Positions 1 through 12,730 of a DNA stretch of 64,000 nt are shown piece by piece. Made by a program: the position numbers and the translations under genes. The stretch comes from Isurus oxyrinchus. Taxonomy: Eukaryota. Every line of letters starts with the position of its first letter. Position 1 is the stretch's first letter. The notes under the pieces are model-generated. The model was given only the letters and a program-made list of their open reading frames with translations. It was not told the origin of the DNA and did not search any database. The stretch is taken from NCBI GenBank assembly GCA_026770705.1, contig JANJGN010000926.1, positions 62,001-126,000 on the forward strand, written 5' to 3'.

Positions 1-253
1 CAATAGAGAGAAACATTGGACAGGGAGTCCAACAGCACAATGATCCATTCTCACCAATGTTCCACGCTAAGGAGAAAGTTCCGATTGTCCACTCTTAGAG
101 TGTTTACAATGAAAACATTCATTCCACATTGAATCCCAGTGGATGGGTCAATATTACAGCAAATGTTGCAGTGATATGAAGTTTGATTGTTCAGCCAGAG
201 TGAGAGATTGAAAGCGGAGAGTCAGTGATGATTTCTTTCTGTGTGTTCTCTAG

Positions 254-393
254 ACAGTGGAGGAGAGATTCTGCACGTGATCCTGATCCTGGGAATACGA
301 GCTGTGATATTCCTTGTGGCTGTGGTTATCACTATCACTGGAGTCTGTGTCTGGGAGAGACAAACAGTGAAAGGAAGTCGACAGACTGTTTGA
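254..393 (+). CDS. Terminal TM/cytoplasmic exon of a putative activating-type Ig-superfamily receptor (rest of gene lies left of the window)
   Basis: Pyrimidine-rich acceptor (tttctttctgtgtgttctctag) at 251-253. Phase-1 reading gives xSGGEILHVILILGIRAVIFLVAVVITITGVCVWERQTVKGSRQTV*: a hydrophobic TM with an internal Arg and a ~12-aa tail with no Tyr. AATAAA at 777-782. Confidence 0.7.
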
Positions 394-1123
394 AGCTTTG
401 TACAGCAACAATCTGGTCAGTCAGTGCGGACAAATAACGTGTGATGTTGTGTTAAGTTGTAATGAAACTGGTCAGTGTCCTGGTTATAATCATCTCCGTA
501 TCATCGAGTCATTCCAGCAATGGAGGAGGACATTTGGCCCATTGAGTCTATGCTGTCTCTCTGTAAAGCAATCCACTCAGTCCCATCCCCTGCTCTATCC
601 CCGTATCCCTGCAAATTTATTTCCAATTTCCGTCCAATTTCCTTTTGAAATTGTTCATCGAATAGGAATGAACAGAAATGTGACGTTGCTAAACTCTGTT
701 CTCTGATTGGAATGTGCTTTCTGAATGCTGCACCTTTTTCACGCTGCGATAGATTGTAAGAAGCATTTGGCTTATGAATAAAATTACATTGATTAACTCA
801 AGTGATTAAAATGCTCAGCCTGTTCTGTAGATATTTAAAGATTAAAATTCTTGTTTTGCTGCAAAATACTTGGCTCAAAGACATAGCTTCCTGTTGTCAC
901 GTTTTCCAATCAGATGAATTCCTCTGTCCATCTTTATAATAGAAATTTCCAATGTAAACATGTCACATTGTAACTGCACACACTTGCCAGTGGCTGGTGT
1001 GATACCAAAGCTGTCTTGCTGCAGAGAAACAGCGAGAAATATTCCTGTTGTGTGCATGAACTTCATGTTAGCATGAGACACAGGCATCAGATGAAATTTT
1101 GTGCAATTTGTACAATGTTCTTT

Positions 1124-1445
1124 AGACAGTGCAGCACTCCCTCAGATCAGACCCTCCGACAATGCAGCACTCCCTCAGTTCAAACCCTCTGACAGTGCAG
1201 CACTCCCTCAGTTCAGAACCTCCGACAGTGCAGCACTCCCTCAGTTCAGACCCTCTGACAGTGCAGCACTCTCTCAGTTCAGACCCTGTGACAGTGCAGC
1301 ACTCCCTCAGTTCAGACCCTCCGACAGTGCAGCACTTTCTCAGTTCAGACCCTGTGACAGTGCAGCACTCCCTCAGTTCAGACCCTCCGACAGTGCAGCA
1401 CTCCCTCAGTTCAGACCCTCCGACAGTGCAGCTCTCCCTCAGTTC
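1124..1445. repeat. 30-bp minisatellite (gacagtgcagcactccctcagttcagaccctcc)
   Basis: About 10 directly visible tandem units; source of spurious repetitive ORFs. Confidence 0.95.
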
Positions 1446-1541
1446 TTCTCCGCCGATGCTGCCAGACCTGCTGAGTTTTTCCAGGTATTTCTGTTTCTGT
1501 TTCTGTTTTGAATTTCCAGCATCTGCAGTTTTTTTGCTTTT
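1444..1541 (+). mobile_element. Penelope-like terminal fragment
   Basis: ttcttctccgccgatgctgccagacctgctgagtttttccagg matches the end of the Penelope copy at ~44470-44533. Confidence 0.7.
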
Positions 1542-1544
1542 AGT

Positions 1545-2450
1545 GCTGGGCAGTTCCTCAGCAAGGATTCGGGCCACAAAACATTGCGAGTGCTGTGGGT
1601 CTGCGCCACGATTTAGAGAGCTGTGCTTGGCACGCCTATTCTAGTCCCAGTCCAGTGTGGTGGGGAGAGTCTGGCAGTCCTGGGTTGGTGGTGCCCAGCA
1701 TGGTGTGCAGGACGTGGTCAGTCGCTCACACACGTCCATCCTGGGGGTGGGTGGCTTGATACTAGGCCGCAGGTGGCACAATCCCAGTCAGGGGAGGCAT
1801 CTGCAGCCTGTCAGTGGGGAGCAGGTAATATAGAGAGTAGGGGTGGGGGTGGGAATCGAGGGGGGCCGGTGGTCTCTGTAAGTCACAGTACAATGGGCCT
1901 CTAGTTGGAGAGAGGTCAGGTCTACATGGGGCATTGGGATGTCAACATCAGACAGTCTAGGGAGGAGGACTGGGATGTCAACCCCGAACACAATAAGATC
2001 AAGGATTAGAGAGGAAGGGAGGAGACTGATTGGAAGGAGGGGAATGTGCACATTATGCTCCTCCAGCACGATGGGAGGGACTGTGATGGTTACGGGGGTG
2101 GGGGGGCGGGTGACGTGTGAGGGGATAGACGCTTACCTGGTGGTATTGCCTCAGCCCCACCCTTTTTCAAGCTGATCCAATGTCGCAGTTGAAGAATAAG
2201 CTACAAAACAAATTGGCAGGGGAGGTCTCCCAGGGCCTGTGGGAGACATCACCCACTGCACTCATAGGCCTGTTTGAAGGGGCACCCGAACAATTCCGGC
2301 TTTTCCAAATGATGAGGAAGACACAGCTGCACCCCGAGTCCCCTACTGGGGATCCAGACGGTTGCAATAGCTCTGCGAGGGACTCATGGGCTCCACAGTG
2401 ACTCCCTAATTAGCGACTGGAAGGTTTATGTTCATTTATCTTTATTATCC
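1545..2450 (-). mobile_element. Degenerate L1/Tx1-like retroelement 3' fragment (tentative)
   Basis: Minus-frame IIWKSRN resembles the C-terminal motif of L1/Tx1 ORF2; GC-rich and fragmented. Confidence 0.3.
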
Positions 2451-2559
2451 GTTCATATTGAGCAATGGAGCTCCTGATTTGTCACCTTTCTGTACCTCGT
2501 CCAATGCTTCTGTTATCAGGACTTCCACATCGATGTGAAAGAGCCATGATGATAGCAGA

Positions 2560-2680
2560 CAGTCGCACAATGGGAATGGCACTAGGCCAGTGATCCAGAG
2601 GCCCAGGTGAATGCTTTGAAGGCACGGGTTCAAATCCCACCACGGCAGCTGGAGGAATTTCGATTCGATTAATCAATAAA
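2560..2680 (+). mobile_element. tRNA-derived SINE 5' fragment (HE1-like)
   Basis: B-box-like ggttcaaatccc; similar copies near 14890-15225 and 52620-52890. Confidence 0.5.
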
Positions 2681-2789
2681 TTTAATTGATTGATACATTT
2701 TTTTCTTATTCATTTCAGGGATGTTGGTGTCACTGGCTAGGCCAGTATTTGTTGCCCATCCCCAATTGCCTTTGAGAACATATGGATAT

Positions 2790-3725
2790 CTGAGTTAGGA
2801 TCAGGAGTAGGTCACTCAGCCCCTCGAACCTGCTCCGCCATTCAGTAAGATCATGGCTGATCTGATTGTCACCTCAACCTCACATTCCTGTCTACCCCCA
2901 ATGACCTTTCACCCCCTTGTTAATCAAGAATCTATCTAGCTCTGCCTTAAAAATATTCAAAGACCCTGTTTCCACTGCCTTTTGAGGCAGAGTGTTCCAA
3001 AGACTTACTACCCTCTGAGAGAAAACATTTCGCCTCATCTCTATCTTAAATGAGCGACCCCTTATTTTTAAACCATGACCGCCTAGTTCTAGATTCTCAC
3101 ACAACAGGGAACATCCTCTCCATATCCACCCTGTCAAGACTCACCTGGATCTTAAAGGTTTTAATTAAGTTGCCTCTTACTCTTCTAAACTCCAGTGGAT
3201 ACAAGCCTAACCTGTCCAACCTGACCTCATAAGACAAACCACCCATTCCTGGTATTAGTCTAGTAAACCTTCTCTGAACTGCTTCTAATGCATTTACATC
3301 TTTCTTTAAGTAAGGTGACCTTACTGTACAGAGTACTCCAGATGTGGTCTCACCAGTGCCCTGTACAACTGAACGTAACCTCCCTACTTTTCTATTCAAT
3401 TCCCCCACAGTAAATTATAACATCCCATTAGCTTTCCGATTGACCTGCTGTATCTGCAAACCAGCCTTTTGTGATTCATGCACGAGGACACCCAGATCCC
3501 TCTGCATCTCAGAGCTCTGCAATCTCTCACCTTTTAGATAATAATCTTCCTTCTTGTTCTTTCTGACAAAATGAACAATTTCACATGCGCCCACATTATT
3601 CTCCATTTGTCAGATCTTTGCCCACTCACTTAACCTATCGATGTCACTTTCTAACCAACTTACATCCTCTTCACAATTTACTTTCCAACCTATCTTTGTG
3701 TCAGCAGCTCATTTAGCCGCCATTC
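2790..3725 (-). mobile_element. CR1 LINE RT 3' fragment
   Basis: Broken ORFs with CR1 RT C-terminal motifs (SPYLKKDVNALEAVQRRFTRLIPG, LEFRRVRGNLI, FSQRVVSLWNTLP). Confidence 0.9.
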
Positions 3726-4199
3726 CTGGGCAGTCCAGGTGCTTCTCCACCGAGGTTCAAATGAGCACAGTTTATATATTTTTTACTCTCAGTTACAAGG
3801 TAATGGTATTAGTTAGACAAAGGCCACAGCACAATGACCCTCCGGTGGGCTGATAATTGTGTTCTTGTACAGTAATTACAGGGCAGAGACTGGCTATTGT
3901 CCTTTTGAGACAGCAAAGAATCTATGTTTGTTCACTACAAAAGGTTTCCGGAGGCTGACTGGATGTGGTTCAAGGCCATCGGAGGGTGTGAAATAACCTT
4001 CCCCATTTCTTGATTGAGTCACCCTGTGTCCTTGTGTGTGTGTCTCCCATTTCCTCATTGCAAATTTACAGCTGAGCCCTTTGTACAGGTTTTTAGCTTT
4101 CACGTAAGGATGTGATTGTCTGTGTACGCTTTGTCACCCTAGCTGCTGGTCCTGGCTGGCTCTTTAAAATAAATCCAAATTTTCTGCACCTTCAGTGAG

Positions 4200-5270
4200 A
4201 TTCTCTCTTGTTGAAGCTGGTCATTGCCTGGCACTTGTGTGGCATGAATGTTACTTATCACCTGTCAGCCCAAGCCTGGATGTTGTCCAGGTCTTGCTGC
4301 ATTTGGACATAACTTGCTTCAGTATCTGAGGAGCCGTGAATGATGCTGAACATTGTGCAAACATCAGCAAACATCCCCACTTCTGACCTTATGATGGAAG
4401 GAAGGTCATTGATGAAGCAGCTGAAGATGGTTGGGCCTAGGACACTACCCTGAGTAACTCCTGCAGTGATGTCCTGGAACTGAGATGATTGACCCCCAAT
4501 AATCACAACCATTTTCCTTTGTGCTGGGTATGACTCCAAGCAGCGGAGAGTTTTCCCCCGATTCCCATTGACTCCAGTTTTGCTCGGGCTCCTTGATTTG
4601 CCACACTCAGTCAAATGCTGCCTTGATGTCAAGGACAGTCACTCTCACCTCTGGAGTTCAGCTCATTTGTGCATGTTTGAACCAAGGCTGTAATGAGGGC
4701 AGGAGCTGAATGATCCTGGTGGAACACAAACTGAGCGTCAGTGAGCAGGTTCTTGCTAAGCAGGTGCTGCTTGAAAGCGCTGTTGATGACCCCTTCCATC
4801 ACTTTAGTAATGATCAAGAATAGACTGCTGGGTAATTGGCTGGGTTGGATTTGTCCTGCTTTTTGTGTACAGGACGTATCCCATAGCCGGGTAGTTGCCA
4901 GTGTTGCAGCTGTACTAGAAAATTCCAGAAAAGCTTGGCTAGGGGCGCAGCAAGTTCTGGAGCACAAGTCTTCAGTACTATTGCCAGAATATTGTCAGGG
5001 CCTGGAGCATTTACAATATCCAGTGCCTTCAGCCCTTTCTTGATGTCACGTGGAATTAATCGAATTGGCTAAAGATTGGCATCTGTGATGCTGGGGACCT
5101 CCGGAGGAGGCCGAGATGGATCACCCACTCAGCACTTCTGGCTGAAGGTTGTTGCGCATGCTTCAGTCTTGTCTTTTGCACCGATGTGCTGGGCTCCTCC
5201 ATCATTGAGGATGGGGATATTTGTGGAGCCTCCTCCTCCAGTGAGTTGTTTAATTGTCCACGACTGGATG
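4200..5270 (-). mobile_element. CR1-clade (HER1-like) LINE RT fragment
   Basis: RT motifs GVTQGSVLGPTIFSCFINDLPS and MFAD, with frameshifts. Confidence 0.85.
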
Positions 5271-5279
5271 TGACATCTG

Positions 5280-5600
5280 GAATGCGAAGCTAGTTTCAGT
5301 AATGGTGACCATGAAACTAAGGCCAATTGTTGCAAAAACCCATCTGGGTCACTAATGCCCTTTGGGGAAGGAAACCTGCCGTCCTTACCCATTCTGGCCT
5401 ACGTGTGACTCCTGACCCACAGCAATGTGGTTGACTCTTAACTGGCCCCTGAAATGGCCGAGCAAGCCACTGAGTTATATCAAAACCCGCCACAGACCAG
5501 TCAAACCAGGTGAACTGCAGCACTTCGAAAAGGCAGCTCAGCACCCCCTTCTCAAGGGGTCAGTCAGAAACAGGTAACAAACGCTGTCCACATCCCGTGA
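5280..5600 (+). mobile_element. SINE (HE1-like) 3' part
   Basis: Body and tail shared with other SINE copies and with the HER1-like LINE 3' end. Confidence 0.5.
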
Positions 5601-7110
5601 AAGAATTTTGGTAAAAAGGTAGCCGTGTATCACCACCCACGGCCAGCGCCAACCCCCCCACCCCTACCTGATTGCACCAGTTTCAGATTACACCAGGTCA
5701 ATGAACGGATAGAAACTCAAACCAATGAGATGAGCACAGAGCAGGATCAAGCCAGAGAGAGTTGGTGGGAAGAATTGGGAAAGCAACAAAAAAGGCAGAG
5801 CGGACACTAACACTATAACAAAGTAAAGACCAGAGGAGGAAGGAAGCAAGTGCGAAGAGGAATTGAGAGTAGAGCTGGTAGGCTGCTTGTCGAAGCCAAG
5901 GAACCTCCATAGGTCACACCCACAGTGCTGTTGGGGAGGGAGATACATGATTTTGACCCAGGATCATCAAGTTTTGCACTGGCAGAGCCTTTAAAGAAAA
6001 GGGACCTTCACTACCCGTGTCCCCCGCCCAACAAAGCTGTTGACATGCCGAGTCCACCTGTACAGGCAACCTCCAGACAGTTGACTACAAAGGCCATTGC
6101 AGCTGCTGAATATGACTTCCAGTTTCAAAACCTTCATGAATACAAGGATGGGGGATTCAGCAGGAATATTCCTGCACATCCTGTGGCAGATCCTGTAAAT
6201 AAAAGGGACCTTCACTCACTCCTCAAAGCTGCTGACCTGCTGATTCACATCTACAGGCAACCTCCAAACAGTCGACTAGAGAAGACAATGCAGCTGCTGA
6301 ATGTGACTCCTAGTTTCAAACCCTTCACTCTGGAAAGAAGGAATCCAGAGCAATGGGCCTCACTATGATACTTGACAGAAACTGATTTTAACTCTCATCT
6401 CTAAGTATTATTTTTCCTTTGCTTACATTTTAATCCCTGCACCTGATGGCTTTATTGCTTCAACTTAAATAACTTTCAGCAGGAGCCAGGTTCAAATTGA
6501 ATGGACAAGCAGGCTTGGGGGGCCAAAAGGCCTACTCCTGCCTCTGTTTATTTATGTTTGTGTTGTTATGTAGTGGAACTAGAGAGGTTATAGCAGTTAT
6601 GAGAGCATTAAGCAAACAGCAGCAAGAATTGAACACCTACGTTGTGGTTTATGAAAAGCTTTTCAACCTGGTCAACTGGTAAAATCTGTTGAAAGTGGGC
6701 TATCATGGCGTGTGCCCTTTGTGAGATATTTGTAACAACGTTCTCGATGTCGGAACAGTTTGCATTGAACAAAGCTGATCTTTACCCAGAACTTCAGAGG
6801 AAGGGGGGACAATTGTTCCCTGGTGTGGGGGGCATGGTGGGGGGGGAGGGTGAGGGGGAGACAAGTAGCCTGAAATACCAAGCCAGACACTTTGTGAAGA
6901 CAAAAGTTGTTTGTTCATTTTTTTTTACAAATCATAATCTTTACAATTAAAGTCCCGACAAGATAATGGTGAATCATGAACACATTGTCGGGGTGAATCT
7001 GTGCCCGGGAGCATAAAGCAGCAAAATCAGGAACCCGCTTTACATCTCTCTGAATTTTAACTATCATTAACCCCAGTAACATCCATTCAAATGACTTAGT
7101 CATAAGATTC

Positions 7111-7565
7111 CTCACACATTCACTTGCACACTCACACACCCACACCCACACAGACACACTGACACACTCACTCATTCACATTGACACACACTGACACAGT
7201 CACACACACCCACACAGACACACTGACACACTCACTCATTCACATTGACACACACTGACACAGTCACACACACCCACACAGACACACTGACACACTCACT
7301 CATTCACATTGACACACACTGACACAGTCACACACACCCACACAGACACACTGACACACTCACTCATTCACATTGACACACACTGACACAGTCACACACA
7401 CCCACACAGACACACTGACACACTCACTCATTCACATTGACACACACTGACAGTCACACACACCCACACAGACACACTGACACACTCACTCATTCACATT
7501 GACACACACATATTGACAATCACACACACACACACACACGCTCATAAAGACAGACACAAACACAG
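7111..7565. repeat. CA-rich ~62-bp compound minisatellite
   Basis: About 6 repeats of cacacccacacagacacactgacacactcactcattcacattgacacac. Confidence 0.9.
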
Positions 7566-7869
7566 TCACGTGAGGTGAATAGTGTCGATGTATTTAAGGG
7601 GAAGCTGGATAAACACACGAGGGAGAAATGAATAGAAGGATATGGTGATGGGGTGAGATGGAGAAGGGGTGGGCGGAGACTCGTGTGGAGCAGAAACACC
7701 AGCATGGAGCAGATGGGCCGAATGGCTTCTTTCCCTGCTGTAAAACGCAGGTAAAGTTTCAGTTGGAATTAATGAACAGGGCCTGTGTGAAATAGATTGC
7801 TAAGCAATGATAAGGAGGGGAGAGGCTGTGGCATGGTGCAGGATGACCTTGCGTGAATGAGGCCAGGGT

Positions 7870-7980
7870 CTAATATCTACAGCAGAGACCACAAGTCTCA
7901 TTTGATTCTCTCGAATTACAGCAGTTACAGCAGAATCTGCAGAATCTGCCCATTCTCTTCTGGCGCTGCAGCAAGGAGCC
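7870..7980 (-). CDS. HAMP: Hepcidin-like gene exon 3 (furin site and mature 8-Cys peptide)
   Basis: Acceptor ctcctgcttttccag, then GSLLQRQKR|MGRFCRFCCNCCNSRESNETCGLCCRY*. RxKR furin site and the C-CC-CC-C-CC hepcidin cysteine pattern. Confidence 0.92.
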   Translation of the reverse strand, partial: GSLLQRQKRMGRFCRFCCNCCNSRESNETCGLCCRY

Positions 7981-8064
7981 CTGGAAAAGCAGGAGCACAA
8001 TAGGTGAGAACATTCCGGAAAGAAAGAAGGCATCATTTCAATCAGGCGCGTCATTGGAAGGAGG

Positions 8065-8446
8065 ATGGCGCATTTCTATAGCGCCTTTCCCCTCCTCAGG
8101 ATGGCCCAAAGTGTTCCACAGCTGAAGGAAGGACTTTTTCTGAAGTGGGCTCACCGCTGTAATGTAGGAAACGCAGCAGGCAATTCACGCACAGCAAGAT
8201 CCCACAAACAGAAATGTGATAATGGCCCCGATTTTCAGTTTTTTACCAATGTCAGTTGAGGGATAAATGTTTGCCCCAGGAAAGTGGACATAACTCCACC
8301 CATCCAGCCCGCACCACCCCCTCCACACATACCCCCCAACTCCTGACGCACTTCATCTAAATTGTGGCCATGGAATCCTCTATATCCACCTGAGAGGGCA
8401 GATTGGTTGCCCCAGTTTAATGTCTCATCTGAAAGACAGCGCCTTC
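8065..8446 (-). mobile_element. SINE (shark SacSINE/DeuSINE-like) running into the 30-bp array
   Basis: Homologous to 10470-10775 and, in reverse orientation, to 25200-25480. Confidence 0.55.
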
Positions 8447-8780
8447 AACAGTGCAGCACCCCCTCAGTACTGACCCTCCGACTGTGCAGCACTCCCTCAG
8501 TACTGACTCTGACAATGCAGCACATCCTCAGTACTGACCCTCCAACAGTGCAGCACTCCCTCAAGACTGACCCTCTGACAATGCAACACTCCCTCAGTAC
8601 TGACCCTCCGACTGTGCATCCCCCCGCCGGTACTGACCCTTCGACAATGCAACACTCCCTCAAGACTGACCCTCTGACAATGCAGCACTCCCTCAGTACT
8701 AACCCTCTGACAATGCAGCACTCCCTCAGTACTGACCCTCTGACAATGCAGCACACCCTCAATACTGACCCTCCGATAGC
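8447..8780. repeat. 30-bp minisatellite (cagtgcagcactccctcagtactgaccctccga)
   Basis: About 11 tandem units. Confidence 0.95.
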
Positions 8781-10312
8781 TCGGTCATTCCTCAATTACG
8801 CCTGGTGGTCCTTTTAACTCAGAGCTGAGAGTTGCAGAGAATCGAGCAGACACCCTGAACTGACACTTGCAGTGCAAGTACTGGGAGCGCGCTGGTCATT
8901 ATCATGCTGCTGTCTGTGGGATCTTACAGTGCGCCAATGGCTGATTCTTTTCCCACATTACATCAGTGACCTCAAATGAAAGAAAAAAGCACTTGATTGT
9001 CTGCGAAACACTTTGGGACGTCCTGATGTGTTGGAAGGCGCTAGAGAAATGCAAGTCCTCTTTGTCTTTCACTCGATCCTCTAAGGTGTCTGTTGATTAA
9101 CCAGCCTCTCGGTGTATGATGTAGGCCTGGTTATAAACAGTTAGAAGGATCAAATATCAAAAGTGCTTTGGCTGACAGTCAAACCGATTGTGCATTCGGA
9201 GAGATTAGATATGGTCTGCACACAATGACTCCAGTCTCTGGCACTGAATGCCGCCTGGGGTCTCCCTTCCACATAACAATCACAACTTGCATTTACACAG
9301 CGCCTCTGACATTGCAAAATGTCCCAGCCCACATTACCGGAGCGTAAATCAGAGAGAAGTCTAACACTGAGTCACATATGGAGATATTAGGGATAGGTGA
9401 CCAAAAGCTTGGTCAAAGATGTCAGTTTTTAAGGAACGTCTTAAAGGAGAGAGAGAGAGAGAGGCAGAGAGGTTAAGGGAGGGTATTCCGGAGCTCAGGG
9501 CCCCAGGCAGCTGAAGGCACGGCCACCAATGGTGGAGCGATGGGAATCAGGGGGTCCCGGGAGATGCAGTAATGTCAGAGATTTTGGAGGAACATCGGGA
9601 CCGGAGGAGGTGTTCTCCTGCTCCATATCTCTCTCTCTCTTCCTCTCATCCACTCCTCCTCTCCCTGTCTCTCTCTCTCCTACTCTTCCTCTCAATTGCC
9701 CTCTCTCCCAATCTTTCTCTCCTCTCTCCCTTTTCCTGTCTCTCTCCCTCTCTCTCCCCTGTCTCCTTCTCCCACTCTGTATCTCTCCCTCTCTCTCACA
9801 CTATTTTTGTACCTTTCGCTCACTCTGTAACTCTCCCTTTCCTGTTAATTTCTCTCTCTTGGACAATCTCTCTTCCCTTTTCACTTTCCCTCACTCTGCA
9901 TCTCTTCTTTAATTTCTCCCTCTGTCACTCTCTCCCACCGATGTTCTTTCCCTTTCACCCCTCCCCGTCCCACTCTCTGTCTCTCTCTTCCAATCCCTCC
10001 CTCCCCCATTCCATCCCTCTCTCCGACTCTCGACTCCCAGCCTCTCTTTAACCCACTCCCAGGCTGGATCAGTCTCCCTCTCACTATTCCCGGCGTGGGT
10101 TACATTTAAAATTCCTGTGGGGATATGTTCACTTCCTTGGAATTGCCTCTTCCCAGCTTTGCAAAAAAAGGGGGGGGGGGGCTCGATTTCAAACATGCCT
10201 CCTGAGTATAACCGAGACAGACTGCCACTGAAATCAGCTTGAAATCAGAAAACTTTCTGTGGAAGAAACGAGCAGGGAGAAACCTTAAAATAAGGAATGA
10301 ATTTCCACCTAC

Positions 10313-10369
10313 CGTGTCCGGGGAATCCACAGATTTCTCAATCGTCGAAGAACCTAAAGCAGTGTCAAC
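10313..10369 (-). CDS. HAMP: Hepcidin-like gene exon 2 (propeptide)
   Basis: Acceptor ttctttttgcag, donor gtaggt. 57 nt, open only in phase 0 (VDTALGSSTIEKSVDSPDT), in frame with exon 3. Size and phase resemble vertebrate HAMP exon 2. Confidence 0.75.
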
Positions 10370-10469
10370 CTGCAAAAAGAAAGAATTTATCAGGGAGAAA
10401 GTGAGAGGAGGATTGAGGGAGAGGGAGAGAGAGAGAGAGAGGTACAGGAGAGAGAGGGGGAGGAGGACA

Positions 10470-11220
10470 GACTTGCATTTCTCTAACGCCTTTCACCACA
10501 TCCCAAAGCATTTCACAGCCACTGAAGGATGTTTTTGAAGTGCACTCACACTGTAGGAAATGTGGCAGCTGATTTGTGCACAGCAAGATCCCACAAATAG
10601 CAATGTGATCATGGCCTAGATCATCTGTTTTTGGTGATGTTGGGTGAGGGATAAATATTGGTCCCAGGACACCGGGGAGAACACCCCCTGCTCTTCCTCC
10701 AAATAGTGGCTGTGGGATCTTTCACACCCGCCCGAGAGGGCAGACGTGGGACTCAGTTTAATGTCTCATTCAACATTGTTGTGCTCCCTCAGTACTAACC
10801 CTTTGACACTGCAGCACTCCCTCAGTACTAACCCTTCGATAGTGCTGCGCTCCCTCAGTACTGTCCCTCCGTCAGTGCAGCTCTATTTCAGTACTAACCC
10901 TTCGACACAGCAGCACTCGCTCAGTACTGACCTCCGACAGTATAGCACTCCCTCAGTACTGTCCCTCCAATAGTGCAACACTTCCACTCTACTTACCCTG
11001 TAACAATGCAGCACTTCCTCAGTACTGACCCTCCGTCAGTGCAGCGCTCCCTCAGTACTGACCCTCCGACAGTGCAACACTTCCACAGTACTGACCCTGT
11101 AACAATGCAGCACTTCCTCAGTACTGACCTCCGACAGTATAGCACTCACTCAGTACTGTCCCTCCAATAGTGCAACACTTCCACACTACTGACCCTCTGA
11201 CAGTGCAGCACTCCCTCAGC
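10470..11220. repeat. SINE plus 30-bp minisatellite array
   Basis: Same SINE-then-array arrangement as 8065-8780. Confidence 0.85.
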
Positions 11221-11296
11221 ACGGAGTGTTGACCGACGTTATGGGACTGAATTCCCTGGAGTGAGACTCAGACCAGAGATTTAGGTAGGGTTGTTC

Positions 11297-12730
11297 CGGC
11301 TGGAGGAGGTTACAGAGATAGGGAGGGTTGTAGAGGCTGGAGGAGATAACAGAGATAGGGAGGGTTCTAGACGCTGCAGGAGGTTACAGAGATAGGGAGG
11401 GTTGTAGGGGCTGTAGGAGGTTACAGAGATAGGGAGGTGAGTAGGGGCTGTAGGAGGTTAAAGAGATGGGGGGGTTGTGGGGGCTGGAGGAGGTTACAGA
11501 GGTAGGGAGGGTTGTAGAGGCTGGAGGAGGTTACCAAAATAGATACTGTTGTAGGGGCCACAGTAGGTTACAGAGATAGGGAGAGTTATAGTGTGGAGAG
11601 GACGTTATAGAGTTCATGAGCATTGTAGGGGCTGGAGGAGGTTACAGTGATTCTGAGGGTCGTGGGGCCTGGAGGAGGTTACAGAGATAGGGAGGGTTGT
11701 AGGGTCTGGAGGAGGTTACAGAGATAGGGAGGGTTGTAGGGTCTGGAGCAGGTTACAGAGATAGGGAGGGTTGTAGGGTCTAGAGGAGGTTACAGTGATC
11801 ATGAGGGTTGTGGGGCCTGGGGGAGGTTACAGAGATAGGTAGGGTTGTAGGTGCTGGAGGAGGTTACAGAGATAGGGAGGGTTGTAGGATCTGGAGGAGG
11901 TTACAGTGATCGTGAGGGTTGTGGGGCCTGGGGGAGGTTACAGAGATAGGGAGTGTTGTGGGGACTGTAGGAGGTTACATAGATAGGGAGGGTTGTCGGG
12001 TCTGGAGGAGGTTACAGAGATAGGGAGGGTTATAGGGACTGGAGGAGGTTACAGAGATAGGGAGGGTTGTAGAGACTGTAGGATGTTACAGAGATAGGGA
12101 TTGTTGTAGGGGCTGGAGGATGTTACAGAGATAGGGAGGGTTGTAGGGGCTGGAGGAGGTTACAGAGATAGGGAGGGTTGTAGGGGCTGGAGGAGGTTAC
12201 AGAGATAGGGAGGGTTGTACGGGCTGGAGGAGGTTACAGAGATAGGGAGGGTTGTAGGGGCTGGAGGAAGTTACAGAGATAGGGAGGGTTGTAGGGGCTG
12301 GAGGAGGTTACAGAGATAGGGAGGGGTGTAGGGGCTGGAGGAGGTTACAGAGATAGGGAGGGTTGTAAGGCCTGGTGGAGGTTACAGAGATAGGGAGGGT
12401 TGTAGGGGCTGGAGGAGTTTACAGAGATAGGGAGGGGTGTAGGGGCTGGAGGAGGTTACAGAGATAGGGAGGGTTGTAGGGCCTGGTGGAGGTTACAGAG
12501 ATAGCGAGGGTTGTAGGGGCTGGAGGAGTTTACAGAGATAGGGAGGGTTGTACGGGCTGGAGGAGGTTACAGAGATAGGGAGGGTTGTAGGGGCTGGAGG
12601 AGGTTACAGAGATAGCGAGGGTTGTAGGGGCTGGAGGAGTTTACAGAGATAGGGAGGGTTGTACGGGCTGGAGGAGGTTACAGAGATAGGGAGGGTTGTA
12701 CGGGCTGGAGGAGGTTACAGAGATAGGGAG
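11297..12730. repeat. 32-bp minisatellite (ggctggaggaggttacagagatagggagggttgtag), G-rich on +
   Basis: About 45 visible tandem units. Confidence 0.95.

Noticed and set aside
5925-6368. 147-aa ORF with an internal duplication
   Set aside because: No recognisable domain or splice context; probably repeat-derived.
7800-8054. 84-aa Cys-containing ORF in the track
   Set aside because: Out-of-frame overlap of the hepcidin exon 3.
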